Shown: positions 26,824-42,029, counted from the first letter of the stretch. The stretch: DNA of 64,000 nt from Octopus vulgaris (GCA_951406725.2 OX597820.1:98704001-98768000), one strand, 5' to 3'. Made by a program: numbers and translations. Notes: generated from the sequence alone by a model not told the origin.

Positions 26824-26979
26824 TGCATGTAGGAGGCGGCGTTTAGGTGCGGTGCGGAGTGTTAAGCTTTGTTTGTTTCGGCGATGGAAGGAGGTGGAGG
26901 AGGAGGAAAACATTGAAAAATAATGAGGGCAAACGGTAGATGGACAAGACTTTGGGGAAAAAGCAAGAAAGGGGGCAGA

Positions 26980-27300
26980 ATGGCGGCGGCGGTGGTGGTG
27001 ATGGTGGCGGCGGCGGTGATGGCGGCGGCGGCGGCGGCGGCGGCGGTGGTGGTGATGGCGGCGGCGGTGGCGGTGGTGATTGCGGCGGTGGCGGTGGTGA
27101 TTGCGGCGGTGGCGGTGGTGGTGGTGGTGGCGGCGGCGGCGGTGGTGGTGGTGGTGGTGGTGGTGGTGGTGGTGGTGGTGGTGGTAGCGGTGATGGTGAC
27201 GACGACGACGACGACGGCGAATACGATGACGAAGATGACGATAACGATGACGAAAACGACGACGACCACCACCACCACCACCACCACCACCACGATGACA
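26980..27300. repeat. (GGC/GGT)n-(GAC/GAT)n-(CAC)n compound trinucleotide repeat
   Basis: Visible directly. Confidence 0.9.
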
Positions 27301-27654
27301 AGGGAGATATGGATAACCGGAGTAGTGGCAGAAAAATAAATGTACCAGATGATCAGTGATGATACACAGCAAAGACGGGATCATTATCTCTTTATCACGT
27401 ACCTACTTAACTTGCCTAACTATCAGCCCCTTCCACTGTATCAAAAGTCTCGTGGGAAACCGGAGATGACAGCAAAGAAGAGATCTAGAAAAAAGATATA
27501 TAGGGGAATCACTTGGTCTTGGAGGTCAGGAACGATTTGGTTTGTTACCTTTTGGAATTTGTCTCATTAATCTATCTTATTTGTTGTGTGCACTTGCTCG
27601 TTCGTGTATGAGTGCGTGTATATGGATATGCATGTTTATGTATGTATATGTATA

Positions 27655-28040
27655 CTCTTTTACTTGTTTCAGTCATTTGACTGCGGCTATGCTGGAGCAC
27701 CGCTTTTAATCGAGCAACTCGATCCCGGGACTTATTCTTTTGTAAGCCCAGTCCTTATTCTGTCGGTCTCTTTTGCCGAACCGCTAAGTAACGGGGACAT
27801 AAACACACCAGCATCGGTTGTCAAGCAATGCTAGGGGGACAAACACAGACACACAAACACACACATGCATATATATATATATATACATACATATATACGA
27901 CAGGCTTCTTTCAGTTTCCGTCTACCAAATCCACTCACAAGGCTTTGGTCGGCCCGAGGCTATAGTAGAAGACACTTGCCCAAGGTGCCACACAGTGGGA
28001 CTGAACCCGGAACCATGTGGTTGGTAAACAAGCTACTTAC
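27655..28040 (-). mobile_element. SINE family A
   Basis: Full-length reverse-complement copy. Confidence 0.85.
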
Positions 28041-28295
28041 CACACAGCCACTACTGCGCCATATATACATATATGTGTGTATGTGTGTGATAAATTCGTT
28101 TGATTTTTTTCCATTCATTTTAATCCTTATTTATCATCAACAATTTTAACAAACCTGATAATAATATAATCTCCATTGTCAATGATTTCTTGCCAATGTT
28201 GCATTAGATTATCAATACTTTCCTGACTTGAAGAATTCATCGAACCGCGTTTTTAGCTCCTCATCGTTGTTGAGCGAAACATCTCACAGACTATT

Positions 28296-28680
28296 GGGAA
28301 GCACTCCGTCGGTTACGACGACGAGGGTTCCGGTTGATCCGAATCAACGGAACAGCCTGCTCGTGAAATTAACGTGTAAGTGGCTGAGCACTCCACAGAC
28401 ACGTGCACCCTTAACGTAGTTCTCGGGGATATTCAGCGTGACACAGAGAGTGACAAGGCCGGCCCTTTTGAAATACAGGTACAACAGAAACAGGAAGTAA
28501 GAGTGAGAGAAAGTTGTGGTGAAAGAGTACAGCAGGGATCACCACCATCCCCTGCCGGAGCCTCGTGGAGCTTTAGGTGTTTTCGCTCAATAAACACTCA
28601 CAACGCCCGGTCTGGGAATCGAAACCGCGATCCTATGACCGCGAGTCCGCTGCCTTAACCACTGGGCCATTGCGCCTCCA
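28296..28680 (-). mobile_element. SINE family C, tail type 2, with target-site duplication
   Basis: TSD ctcacagactatt at 28283-28295 and 28681-28693; tRNA head at right end. Confidence 0.9.
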
Positions 28681-28693
28681 CTCACAGACTATT

Positions 28694-29284
28694 AGAGAGT
28701 GTCCAAAAAAACAAAAAAGTATTCATCCGAAAGGGTTATATCAGGATGAGTGTGATAGAACTTCTCAATCGGCCAAATTTACGACATGAAGGCGAGTGTC
28801 GTGTTGATTGAAGAAGCATGTCGTGTCACCGGTCGGAGCATTTAATCTGGATTGCCGCGTTGAGCCGGTTCATTTGCGGAACGTAAAGCCCTGCACTGAC
28901 TGAGCGGTCCTTCCAAGCACTTCGTTATGGATTAGCCCTCCCCAGTTCCACCAAACACAAACCATTGTGTTGCGTGGTTGCAGCTCTGGCTCTGTTTGAG
29001 GTGCTGATTGCTTGTCGGAATCCAGCCATTCTCTCCTCGTTTCGTTTTAACATCAGATCACCAAGTTTCATTGCCGTTGACGACGCGTTAAGAAAATCTC
29101 TGAGTCCACGAGTAGTCTCTGTGTTAAACGAGCAACTGTCAGTGATAGAGCAACACCGGGGTTTTGGGCTCAATGCGTGTGGCATCCCTGCACCAAGATT
29201 CTTGACCTTACCCATCGTGATGGTGATAGTGATGGGCGACGGTATCATGAGAGCGTTCTGTGTGTTAAATCAGTTCCCTAGTGA

Positions 29285-29285
<1 letters not shown>
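28694..29285 (-). mobile_element. Decayed mariner transposase
   Basis: Frameshifted motifs MGKVKNLGAGMPHALS (WVPHEL), RVVNGNETW (IVTGDEKW), TMVCVWWNWGGLIHNEVL. Confidence 0.8.
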
Positions 29286-29363
<78 letters not shown>

Positions 29364-29364
29364 C

Positions 29365-29607
29365 ATATCAAAGAGGTAAAGGATCCCATCAACTTTAAAC
29401 GGAGTCTGGATAGATTCCTTCAAGGAATACCAGATAAGCCACCCATAATTGGATACAACTCACGCAACAAAAACTCACTACTTGAATGGACCATAAACAA
29501 AACTTGACTTAAACAGGATTTAGATAATCCTATCAGGTGGTGCTATTAAGTTAGACATGGCCTGGACGAATCTTTGGTCGAAACATATCCAAGTTTTATC
29601 TAAGTTT
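29365..29607 (+). mobile_element. CR1/L2-like LINE 3' end
   Basis: FKRSLDRFLQGIPDKP...NSLLEW, similar to 15774-16049 ORF end. Confidence 0.65.
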
Positions 29608-29733
29608 TATAAACATACATATATATATATATACATGCATATATATACACATATACATATATACATATATATACATATACCTATACAGATACATATATAT
29701 ATATGTATATATATATATATATGTATATATGTA

Positions 29734-29770
<37 letters not shown>

Positions 29771-29774
<4 letters not shown>

Positions 29775-29952
29775 CGGGAAGCTTTATGAAAATAAACAAA
29801 AGACGAAGGCAGGTGGAGTACAAGCAAACAATTGTATTAGTATGGCGCTCAGGAATATAAATAAAACAAGTCTTTTACGTTTCGAGCCTACGCTCTTCAA
29901 CAGAAAGATACACAGAAAAGAAACACGGAGAGAAACAAGGAGAGAAAAAAAA
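29771..29952 (-). mobile_element. PLE pseudo-LTR family H1 with HHR-like motif at 29871-29908
   Basis: Minus strand tcttt-CTGTTGA-a-gagc(gtag)gctc-GAAACGTA-aaaga; flanked by (TA)n. Confidence 0.65.
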
Positions 29953-30192
29953 ATATATATATATATATACACATATATATTCATGTATAATGTATTCGAT
30001 CCGATGAAGCACTCACACGAGGCTGTCATTGAAAATAAAGAATAATCTTATATAATGGTATATGAATATTTACTCAGCAACTTAAAATAAGAATGCGGTG
30101 CAGAAACAAATGTAGTGATTTACTTATAAAGCTTGATAGCCTCCATCCTCGTGTTATATTATTCTTACATATATAATGCATGTATGTATATG

Positions 30193-30230
<38 letters not shown>

Positions 30231-30231
30231 T

Positions 30232-30348
30232 AATAAATAAAATATATGCATACATACAAACATATATGTACGTACCTACATCTACATGTATATATACATG
30301 CATATATAAATATATATACGTGAGTACAGGACACCACAACTAGACGTA
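30232..30348 (-). repeat. Dispersed relative of the end of the 847-bp unit
   Basis: Minus strand ggtgtcctgtac...gtaggtacgtacatatatgttt...gcatatattttatt running into (TA)n. Confidence 0.7.
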
Positions 30349-30402
30349 GGGTTCGTTTCGATTCGTCGCTTCGTTCCGTTTCTTATCCTCCCAGTATTGC
30401 TT

Positions 30403-30442
<40 letters not shown>

Positions 30443-31139
30443 CGTGCATGCGTGCGTGTGTGTATGTATGTATGTATGTATGTATGTATGTATGTATGTG
30501 TGTGTGTGTGTGTATGTATCTGCACACACACAAATAGGCATATACGCATGCGCACATATACATATTCTTCAGAATTACAAAAGACGAAGAAAAATAAAAA
30601 ATTAAAACGAAATAAAAAAAAATTTAAAAAAACAAGACCCAACAAAATGATGCAAATATTTATTTGCTCTCAGCTGTAATCCAAGGTGCACAGACAGACA
30701 ATAGGGGAAGAAATAATATACAGTACATAATAAATTGTATAAAATATATGCAGTGTCGCAGAAATGAGACTGTGCGACAGTTTGCTGGGGGGTGGGGTGT
30801 TTAGAACTATCGCCCTATACTTTTATTCCATTTCCCAATCGAACTAGACTAAATCGCTGTCTTTAGAACAATCATTTCAATATATATATATATTCTTCAG
30901 AATCGCCAACATTTACTCTTTTATTAGTTGCACGTATTTGCTTATTTATTTATGTATGGATTTATTTCATTGTTTGTTTGTTTTGTTTGTTTTGTTTATT
31001 TGTTTATTGTTTTTTTTTTTAAATTGTTGAGGTTAGTGTATCATGTTAACATTTTTTGTGATGGTGGGTGGATGGATGGGGGAGTGGCAGGAATAGGTTG
31101 TTTTGTGTGTTAGGATGGGTGTTAGTGGCGTGGTCGTCG

Positions 31140-32150
<1,011 letters not shown>

Positions 32151-32443
32151 GATTACTGCTTGTGGGTTTTTGGTTGAATAAACCGAGGTTGTCGATCTAC
32201 TGGTGACAATAGTTTTGGTATTAACGGTTCGGTGTTGTTAAGGGGTAGTGGTTGGTGATAGTAATGGCATTAGCAGCGGCAACAGCAGTAGTGGTGGTGG
32301 AGACAGCGGCTCCATCGGTTACGATGACGACAGTGGTGATGATGATTGCTTAGATACTTAAAGTTGATGTTGAGGATTTTGATTTTTTTTTTATAATTCT
32401 TTATCATGTATGTGTGTGTGTGTGTGAGAGTGTGTCTGTGTGT

Positions 32444-32495
<52 letters not shown>

Positions 32496-32844
32496 CGTGT
32501 GTGTGTGCGCGCGCGTGTTTTCTGCTGTTCCCCTTTAGGTACACTAGATACAATCACTGTGAAATGTCTAGAGCTATATTATTGTTGCTGGTGATGATGT
32601 TGATAGTTCTGTATTGAGTCCATTGTATGGATAATGTTGCAGCATTCAACGTCGCAAGCCTCGGTTTGGAGTTGATTGTCTGGTCGTAATCGTTGCAGTT
32701 ATGTTTCATAATGCAACGAAATTTCTGAACAAATGGCATTACCAACCTTCCAGACATCTGGCTTCTTTTCGTTTCATTTTTTTTTTTTGTTTCACATTCT
32801 TCGACCTCGTCTTCCTTTTTACACACACACTCGTGTGTGTGTAC

Positions 32845-32896
<52 letters not shown>

Positions 32897-33339
32897 TTGT
32901 TTATTCTTTTATACTTTTCAGTCCTTAGGCTGCGGCCATGCTGAAAACACATACCCATTTGTATGTCTGATTATTAGACTCATTCTATGTATTATATCAA
33001 TGTATCTATTGGAATGTAGGCGTTTTATACGTTCGGCGCAGGAATTTAAGACAAAAAAAACTGGGGGGGGAGGGAACAAAGCGAAAAAACAAACGAAGCA
33101 AAACTATTCTCTAATATTTTTTCTTTTATTTTACTATTCATTTATACAAGCATACATATATACATATACACATACATACAAATACGATAATGATCATAAT
33201 CTTGTTTTATTAACCACTGAGGGTTCATATAAAAGATTGGGGACGATACAGTACAATACAAAAAAAGAGTGGGATTGGAACTTGTAAATAAAGGAAAACG
33301 ATAAAAGTTATAACAATTAAATCTCCAAAAAGAGGGAGA

Positions 33340-36170
33340 CTTCAAAGGGCTGCTCGTAGAAACCCAACAAAAATCACGATCACCCTGATCTCTAAGGCAT
33401 TACCCTCTCCTCTTCTTCCAACCTTGATCTAGAGCTGCATGCTTAGAATAGGCCCGTTCACTCGGGCCATTCGCGCTACAGTCATCCACCGTTAAACAGA
33501 ATTGCTGGGAAGCATCACTTCACGCTCTATCCCCATTTTCCTTTTCACGTGGTACTTGAAAAAGTTGATGAGGGTTTGGCCAAAGAGGAAAGTGTCTGTT
33601 TTCAACCCTTTCAACCTGGTCCACCACGCAACTTCTTTTGCTTAGGCCACAAGACAAAGAAACACTGCCAAAGGAAGGCGGCTGAGCGATCTTCACGATG
33701 GACTTCTATGTCTGAAGAGTTTATCCTGGACTGGCAATGTTCCCCGGTAGTACTGCCAGGCCAAGGATTTCTGGGTGTTATCCATAGGTCCCATGTCGAA
33801 AGTCCTCCGGAACAGACCAGCCAGCTCATTCTCGTCGACGCCCAGAGTTTCTCCGAGAACGTCGTTGCACTTGTCTACCACTAACCCTTTATAGAAGGCC
33901 CGAGTGGGACTTCCACCAACCGCATTGTCCAACTGGCAGAGAGTTGTGAGCGCCTGCCGATATTCTAGGTACCAGGCGCCCTGCCTCAGTCTACGCTAGA
34001 TCCAGGACTGCAGCTCAGTTAAAGAGACAAGCAAGGGGAAATCGTGTCTGACAAAAGGCGACTACACATGCTCACCGTTTAGGAAATACTGGAAATACCG
34101 TAGCCTCAGCGCATGTCAACAGCCACGGCATGCGCAGCTCTCCGTTCAACTAGTGCTGACAGCAAATGGAGAGCCTAATCAGTGGAACGCATCCCTTCCA
34201 ATGGAAGCGGAAGAGCACGCACCCCTGTCTGGTCAGACGTAAACTGAGGCAAGGCACGACGGTCAGATGATAATATATGACGGAAGCGATGTATTCGTTC
34301 GCCACCTTTGCCTGGCTTTTCAGGGATAGCTTTCTCTCGGTCCATTTCTGGGTGAGATTAATCCCCCTGCTCGTTACCTAGTCCAAGTTCTTCTCTATTG
34401 GAGCAAATTAACCGGTCCATCCAGCATCCCACGACGTTATTGGACGGCATGGACCTGCCTCTCCAGGTGCCGAGCTGCAGGCCCACAAACTTTTCCTGAT
34501 TAATTTTTGCTGCTGTCACCGCCTCATATTCCTTTAGAGCAGTGCTGATCAGGTATGTGTGCTTGCTGTCGAACACTATCACGGTGACATCGTCTGCGTA
34601 TACCGACACAGTTCTCGCATGTCCTTGTTTGCACAGGACATGCGCCCCCAATTTCCGCAATATTGGCTCTAAAGCCAGTACATACAGAAGAGATGAGAAT
34701 GGGCATCCTTGACGGATCGAGTGCATGAGGTAGAATGGTTCCGATAAGTAGCCATTTACCCGAGCTACCGAGCAAATGTTGCTATACATAGCAGCTATCT
34801 AGTCACGGAAAACGGGACCGACACCGGCCGTCATGAGGACGGATACCAAGAATCGGTGGTCGACCTTTTCGAAGGCTTCAGATTGATCCAAATTTATTAG
34901 AGCTCCCACCCATGCCAGCTTCCTTATCCACCTTACTATACGATACTATTATATATCGCATGAGGTGGAGGACGTCGTGGATGGATCTGCATGGGATTGC
35001 GCAGGTTTGCACATCAACAATCAGTTTCTCGACGACAAGCGCCAACATTGGCCAAAAGTTTGAAATCAGCGTTTAGCAGTGTTATGGACCGAAAACTTAC
35101 TACTTTATCCCTTTTGTTTCGGTCCTTTCTTGGCAGTGCTACTGCTCCTCTGTTCACAGAATTAGGAACTCTCTCGTTCTACCGCCAGTGGCAGTAGATA
35201 TCTGCTAAGAGCCACCAAACAAATCTGGCATATAATAGTAAAATTCGTAGGGCAGACCATCCAAACAAGGCGGTTTGCCCGCCGTGCAACGCATCATTAC
35301 ATTCCGTATTTCCGCAGTTGTTATCGGCTTTTCGCAAAACTCCGCGCTGCTCTCCGATAGTCGTGTCCTGCCGTCGAGGTAGGCACTGAAGTCCATACTG
35401 CGATCATTCATCCAAAAAAATTGGGTGAAGTACCGTTGAAATGCGACACACATCAGCTCGGGCTCAAGCCAATGACCGATTGTGGTTTTGTTGTAACGGT
35501 GCGCCTCTACCACTCGGGGCCATCCAGCAGCTTTCGTCCCCTCTTGTCTTAGAGCACGCGCCTTAGCTCTGACAATGGAGCCTTCATATTCAGTATTGAA
35601 GAACTGGTCCAGGGCCAATCTCGCCGTCAGTACGTCGGTTGCAGTGCCACTTCTAAGTTTCTAAGTTAGAAACTTCTAAGTTTCTTCTAAGTTCCCTAAC
35701 TGATTTCATTTTAATTGCCCTTTTTAGAGCACACCACCATTTGTTGTTGATGATTGCCCCCGTCAAGGCCCTCTTAACTAATTCATTAATTTGTCTCTGT
35801 AAGTTTGGCACGCTGGGAGTGACGCGTTCAGCTTCCAGTAACTGGGTCCTGCCTTCTAAGGTCGACCGTACAAATCACAAATTTGTGGTCTATAGCCGAA
35901 GAGTTTGAAAAGTGGATACCTTATGCTATGCTTATCCACTGGCCTACAAAATACTCTGTCTAAATTCGACTTAGATGACCCGATGCGATTCGTACAAGTC
36001 CACATTAGCACATCCTGGAATTCCAGTCGATACCTGTCAGATACATGGAAGTGTCTGAGTAGGTTTACGAGGCTTTTGCCACCTTTTCTTCTATCAGCTA
36101 GACCCAAACAGTCCAAATGTGGCTCTGAGACAGCGCTCCAATCGCCTACTAATAGGGTTCTATCAAAAAG
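33340..36170 (-). mobile_element. Decayed L1/Tx1-clade LINE ORF2 (APE + RT)
   Basis: Fragments LVGDWSAV, SNLDRVF (APE); KPPCLDGLPYEFY; SIRQGCPFSSLLYVLALEP; SVYADDVTV; AAKINQEK; many stops/frameshifts. Confidence 0.85.
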
Positions 36171-36189
36171 TGTGTGTGGTTGGTTGCGA

Positions 36190-36770
36190 TTGTAATGGCT
36201 GGTGCGTCTTTGAGATATGATTTGAGATATATATTGTTTGAGCTTAGTCTTATGGATGTATTCTATTTGTTGAGAAAAGCCGCTAGCAACGAGTGCTTCA
36301 TTGTAATATGGTGCGTGACTATTGAAAATGTCCTCAGTGGAAGAGAGGTCGGATATGCGTGTTGAAATGCCCTTGATTATGTTATCGAAATTGGATTTGT
36401 GGTGATTGGAGAAGATGTTAAGGTATTTAAGATATTGGTTAGGTTTGTGGTAAGGGGAGTATTGAGAGGTTGATAAGTTTAGAGTTACTTCTAAAAAGTT
36501 AGCAGTTTTCTGAACGTTTTCGAATGTGATAGACAGGTTTAGATTAGAGAAGAATTTATGTAGATCTTTTCTAGTTTCTTTCCAAGGAGGATTTATTTAT
36601 GCTTTTGGTAACTAGCAAGGCGTCGTCCCTGAATAGGCCTTCCTTGATGTTAGGGAAATGCATATGGAGCTGGTGGAGTATATATAGTCCAACCAAGTCA
36701 GTGACCCGAACTGAATCAGATGGTCCCATGGTTATGTCGAATAGGTTGCTATGGTTATTGTTATGGGGAT
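36190..36770 (-). mobile_element. Penelope-like element RT/thumb fragment (Naiad-type)
   Basis: FDITMGPSDSVRVTDLVGLYIL...GLFRDDAL then, after a frameshift, ANFLEVTLNL...YSPYHKPN...SNHH...ISTRISDLSS...YNEALVASGF. Confidence 0.8.
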
Positions 36771-36880
36771 TGGCTCCGATGAAGGGATAAATAAAATTCA
36801 AAATTCCTGGAAACAGCTGTAAGACCTCTTTATAAATGTTCTGAAATCTTTTACAGCCTTGGATTTTTATCTCATTCTGC

Positions 36881-36911
<31 letters not shown>

Positions 36912-37370
36912 CACTGACTGACCCAAGGTTATATAAGTATATAACTACATAAATGGAAATATAGAATTTTAAAAGTTTGTGTGTATAGTATCGTATATAC
37001 TTGTTCGGAAATGTTTATAATATGTACGAGAAAACTGGCTTTAATTGTGATGAAAATTGTGTTAAAGAGCGAAATAAACACACACACGTATACATTCATC
37101 GAAACACACATACTCACGAGCACGCGCATGCGCGTATTCTGATTGTGAAAATTGCACATACAGGACATACACAAAATACAAAAAGAGAAAAAAAAAACAA
37201 ATTCGAGATAAAATAAAAATATACCTTAAGCTATTGAAATGATGAAATATGAAATAATAATATATCAAATAATATTAAAGGCGATGATGACCATGATGAT
37301 GATGATGATGAAAAGAATATGAAAAACAACAACAACAACAATACCAATAATGATGATGATGATTTTTATC

Positions 37371-37431
<61 letters not shown>

Positions 37432-37576
37432 GCATTTGTCATTACTGCCACAAGAATAACAGATGAAAGAGCACTTGAGAAACAGTTTACAGAAACGATT
37501 GGGGATTAACACTGAAATTGAATGACACGAAATAAAAATATCATATATACATGTATATATATGTGTGTGTATACAT

Positions 37577-37624
<48 letters not shown>

Positions 37625-38054
37625 GCACTCACACATACACACGTATATATATATATATATATATATACATATATATAATATAGTATAGAATATATGTTAA
37701 CAACAAGAACAACAGACAATATATAAACGGAATAATGACTAAGTACAATTCGCGATGATGAATGTATACGTGGAAAAAGGCGATAGTTAATAGAATGCTT
37801 CGGATTATGATGCTACGAGAGGAAAACTTTTGTGGAAGTACAAACTATGGAGAAATGAAGTCCCGAAAAACCGGAAGTTTGGGAAACTCAGCTGGCAGGC
37901 AGGCAGGCAGCCAATCTAAAGAGTGAAAACGTATGAGAAAAAAAATGTATTACTTCAGTAACAATGACACATGAAAAATATAACCAGGACAACAATGTAA
38001 AACAAGTTCAATAAAAATACAATCAGCAAAAAAATATTTTTAAAAAAAATTTGT

Positions 38055-38722
<668 letters not shown>

Positions 38723-38724
<2 letters not shown>

Positions 38725-39107
38725 GTTTCTTTATTGGCCACACAGGGCTGCACACAGATGGGACAAGTTACAAGGTAGAGCTTTTCTTTTGGGGGATGAA
38801 GAGAACAAAAAACAAAAGTAAAAAAAAAGGGGGTGGCGTAGGTTTTCGATCAAGAGGGATCGTAAAAGGGAAGAAAAGAACAAAAACAAAAACAAAAAAA
38901 AATTGAATAAAATAAAAAGAATAAAAAGAAAAAAAAGAAAAGGAAAAGGAACAAAAGGAAAGAGAAATTAAAAAAGAAGAAAAAAAGGGGAAGAGGAAAA
39001 AAAAGAACGATCAAGTAAGGTTTATCCGTGGGAAGAAAAGCCTACGAAAAAGACCACGGTAACCTTGGTCAATATTTGTTTGCAAGTGGGTAACCCTCTG
39101 TTTTCAA
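38723..39107 (-). mobile_element. Probable non-LTR retroelement 3' UTR embedded in (GATA/GACA)n
   Basis: Minus strand T-rich sequence ending ggccAATAAAgaaac then (TCTA)n; same repeat type on both flanks. Confidence 0.5.
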
Positions 39108-39119
39108 GATAGATAGATT

Positions 39120-39403
<284 letters not shown>

Positions 39404-39537
39404 TGTGAATGTGTATGTATACGCACACTTATATCTATCTGTATCTTTCATTCTCTTTGTGTTTGTGTGTGTGTGCGCACGCATATTTCTCTCTTTCTCT
39501 CTCTCTCTCTCTAGATATATATATATATATATATATA

Positions 39538-39931
39538 CTAGCAGTATCGCCCGGCGTTGCTCGGATTTGTAAGGGAAATAATTATATAAGCATTTTTAGA
39601 GATGTAAAGTATAATAGCCATCTCAATATGGCTAACCACAAAGGGGGAGGGGTGTTACTGTAGCTTTTTACGTTCTGAGATTTAATAATAAATTTTAGAG
39701 AGTTACTTCCCTTATATATGTCAAAAATGGATTAAAAATGGGAAAAATTGATGGTAATTTTTTTTTTAATCGTAGACTCATCGTAGACGCGCGCTAATAC
39801 CCAGACGGTCTCGATATGAATCACGACTATAAGATACCCGGTTTTGGTTAAACTGCACCGCAAAATGTGGGAGTAGTTAGGAATCTAAATCGTAGGAGAC
39901 AGACACACAACCTCACTTTTATATATAAAGA
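39538..39931 (-). mobile_element. Non-autonomous Helitron
   Basis: Minus strand starts TC(tttatatataaaag), ends with hairpin ccgagcaacgccggg and CTAG, between A and T. Confidence 0.8.
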
Positions 39932-40029
39932 TTTCCTCTATTTACATAATATTGAGGTCTCTTTCTTTCTTTTGTTATCTTACTGTTTTTACCAATATAC
40001 ATATATATATATATATAAATATATATATA

Positions 40030-40352
40030 GTTACAGAGATGTACTTGCATAACAAGTGACTTGATCTGAGATCGTGTGCTGGAACGAAAACAGTTGCAGC
40101 GTTGAAGGTGTTTATAAGCCATTTAAGAAACACACAAAAACCGTTAGATTCACTTCAACATTTAAATTTAATTTGTCAAAATATTTTCATCGCTTTGGGA
40201 CCGCGACCTGTTAGCACGATATTTTTGTCAGTGAACAGGTCGCGGTCTCAAAGCGACGAAAATATTTTGGCAAATTAAATTTAAATGTTGAAGTGAATGT
40301 AACGGTTTTTGTGTGTTTCTTAAATGGCTTACAAACACCTTCCACGCTGCAA
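40030..40352. mobile_element. Inverted pair of PLE-like pseudo-LTRs (family H4)
   Basis: 40084-40212 inverted against 40234-40352; (TA)n flanks; second copy 60912-61020. Confidence 0.7.
40224..40274 (+). ncRNA. Minimal hammerhead with G3-C8 swapped core
   Basis: tttgtca-GTGAACA-g-gtcgc(ggtctcaaa)gcgac-GAA-aatatt-t-tggcaaa. Confidence 0.65.
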
Positions 40353-40725
40353 TATATATATATATATACACACATATATATATATGTATGTATGTATGTA
40401 TGTGTGTATATGTGTATGCATGTATGTGTGTGTGTGTGTGCGTGTCTGTGCTTGTGATTGTCCTCCACCACTGCTTGACAACGAATGTTGGTTTGTTTAC
40501 ATCCCTGTCACCTAGTGGTTTGACAAAGGAAACAGATAGAATAAGTACAATGCTTACAAAAATAAAAGTGGAGTTGATTCATTAAACTACAATTCTTCAA
40601 GGCATTGCCCCAGCATGGCCACAGACCAATGGCTGGAAAAAGCAGAAGAATAAAAGAATACATTCTCTGCTTTGGTCTTATGTTCAAGGCATGAGAAAGC
40701 TTGAGTTTACATGAGAAGGCCTAAC

Positions 40726-41101
40726 AGACCTGGTAGAAACAGCAGCCAAATCTCCCTCAAATCACACCTTACTGTCTTATGTATGTATATATATATATGA
40801 GCCAATGAGGGGGACCTCTACATGGTAGCTAGACCTGGTAGAAATAGCAGCCAAATTTCCCCCAAATCACACCTTTACTGTCTTATCTATGTATATATGT
40901 ATGTATGAGCCTATGAGGGAGACCCCTACATGGCAGCTAGACCTGGTAGAAATAGCAGCCAAATTTCCCCCAAATCACACCTTACTGTCTTATCTATGTA
41001 TATATGTATGTATGAGCCTATGAGGGAGACCCCTACATGGCAGCTAGACATGGTAGAAATAGCAGCCAAATCTCCCTCAAATCACACCTTACTGTCTTAT
41101 C
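40726..41101 (+). repeat. Tandem repeat, ~105-108-bp unit x3.5
   Basis: agac(c/a)tggtagaaa at 40726, 40831, 40939, 41047. Confidence 0.9.
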
Positions 41102-41605
41102 TTTCTGCTACTTGGATATAGGTGTTATATTCGTCGTAAAAAAACTTTCCTGTCACACACTCACGCACACACACACACACACACACGCACCGTCACACAC
41201 ACACACGCGCGCACACCCACACACACCCACTCACACACACGCACGTTAGCTTACAATTTTATTTATATATTTGCGTGTCTATGTGTGGAAAGAGGAAGTG
41301 GGAGGCAGAGTGAAAGAATCACTCACTACAGTAAGTCAATTACTTTCATTTTATTCGTTGCCCACTGTGTGTGTGCGTTTGCGTGTGGTGTAAACCAGAC
41401 TAAGAAAAGCATTTGACACACACACCAGAATGTGAGTTTTCTGTAAATTTTGCTTAATTGGAGTTTAAATTTTAAAAACTGGACCTGGCATGACGCGATG
41501 CATTGTACTCTTTAAAATGCTAGGTAAATTGTAATTGAAGAAATCCTATATTGTAGATTTCTATAACTCCCAAAGGGAGGCAGATAAAATCTGGCTTTTA
41601 TAATA

Positions 41606-41679
<74 letters not shown>

Positions 41680-41682
<3 letters not shown>

Positions 41683-41957
41683 AAATCTGCGTAGGATGGA
41701 AGTAGATGTCTTCAAAATGGAGCTAGACATCCTCCTCTCCACAATACTTGATGAACTAACAGCCCGACATGTGGTGCAGACGATGGCAATGGAAAGAAAC
41801 ACTCTTATACACCATGTAGGCCAGCGGCTGGGGCAGAGGCACATACCCAGTACCGAAATGTGAAACACCCCAGATTGAGAAAATCAGAACGACCGCAGTG
41901 GTGCTCCAGCATGACCGTGGCCGCATGGCTGAAACGAGAAATAAAGTATAAAAGAGT
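41680..41957 (+). mobile_element. CR1/L2-like LINE 3' end
   Basis: RNLRRMEVDVFKMELDILLSTILDE; tail ggtgctccagcatg...gctgaaac. Confidence 0.7.
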
Positions 41958-42029
41958 AATATAGATAGATGTGTGTGCGCGCTTGTGTGTGTGTGTGTGT
42001 GCGGTGTGTGCGTGCGTGTGTGTATATAT

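Noticed and set aside
26701-27384. Gly/Pro/His-rich protein ORFs
   Set aside because: Open in many frames only because of trinucleotide repeats; no complex coding sequence or splice context
28925-29507. Host gene exon
   Set aside because: Resolves into frameshifted mariner motifs plus a LINE tail
29560-29592. Hammerhead-like ctggacga...gaaacatat
   Set aside because: Core and stems do not fit; it corresponds to the LINE 3' tail hairpin
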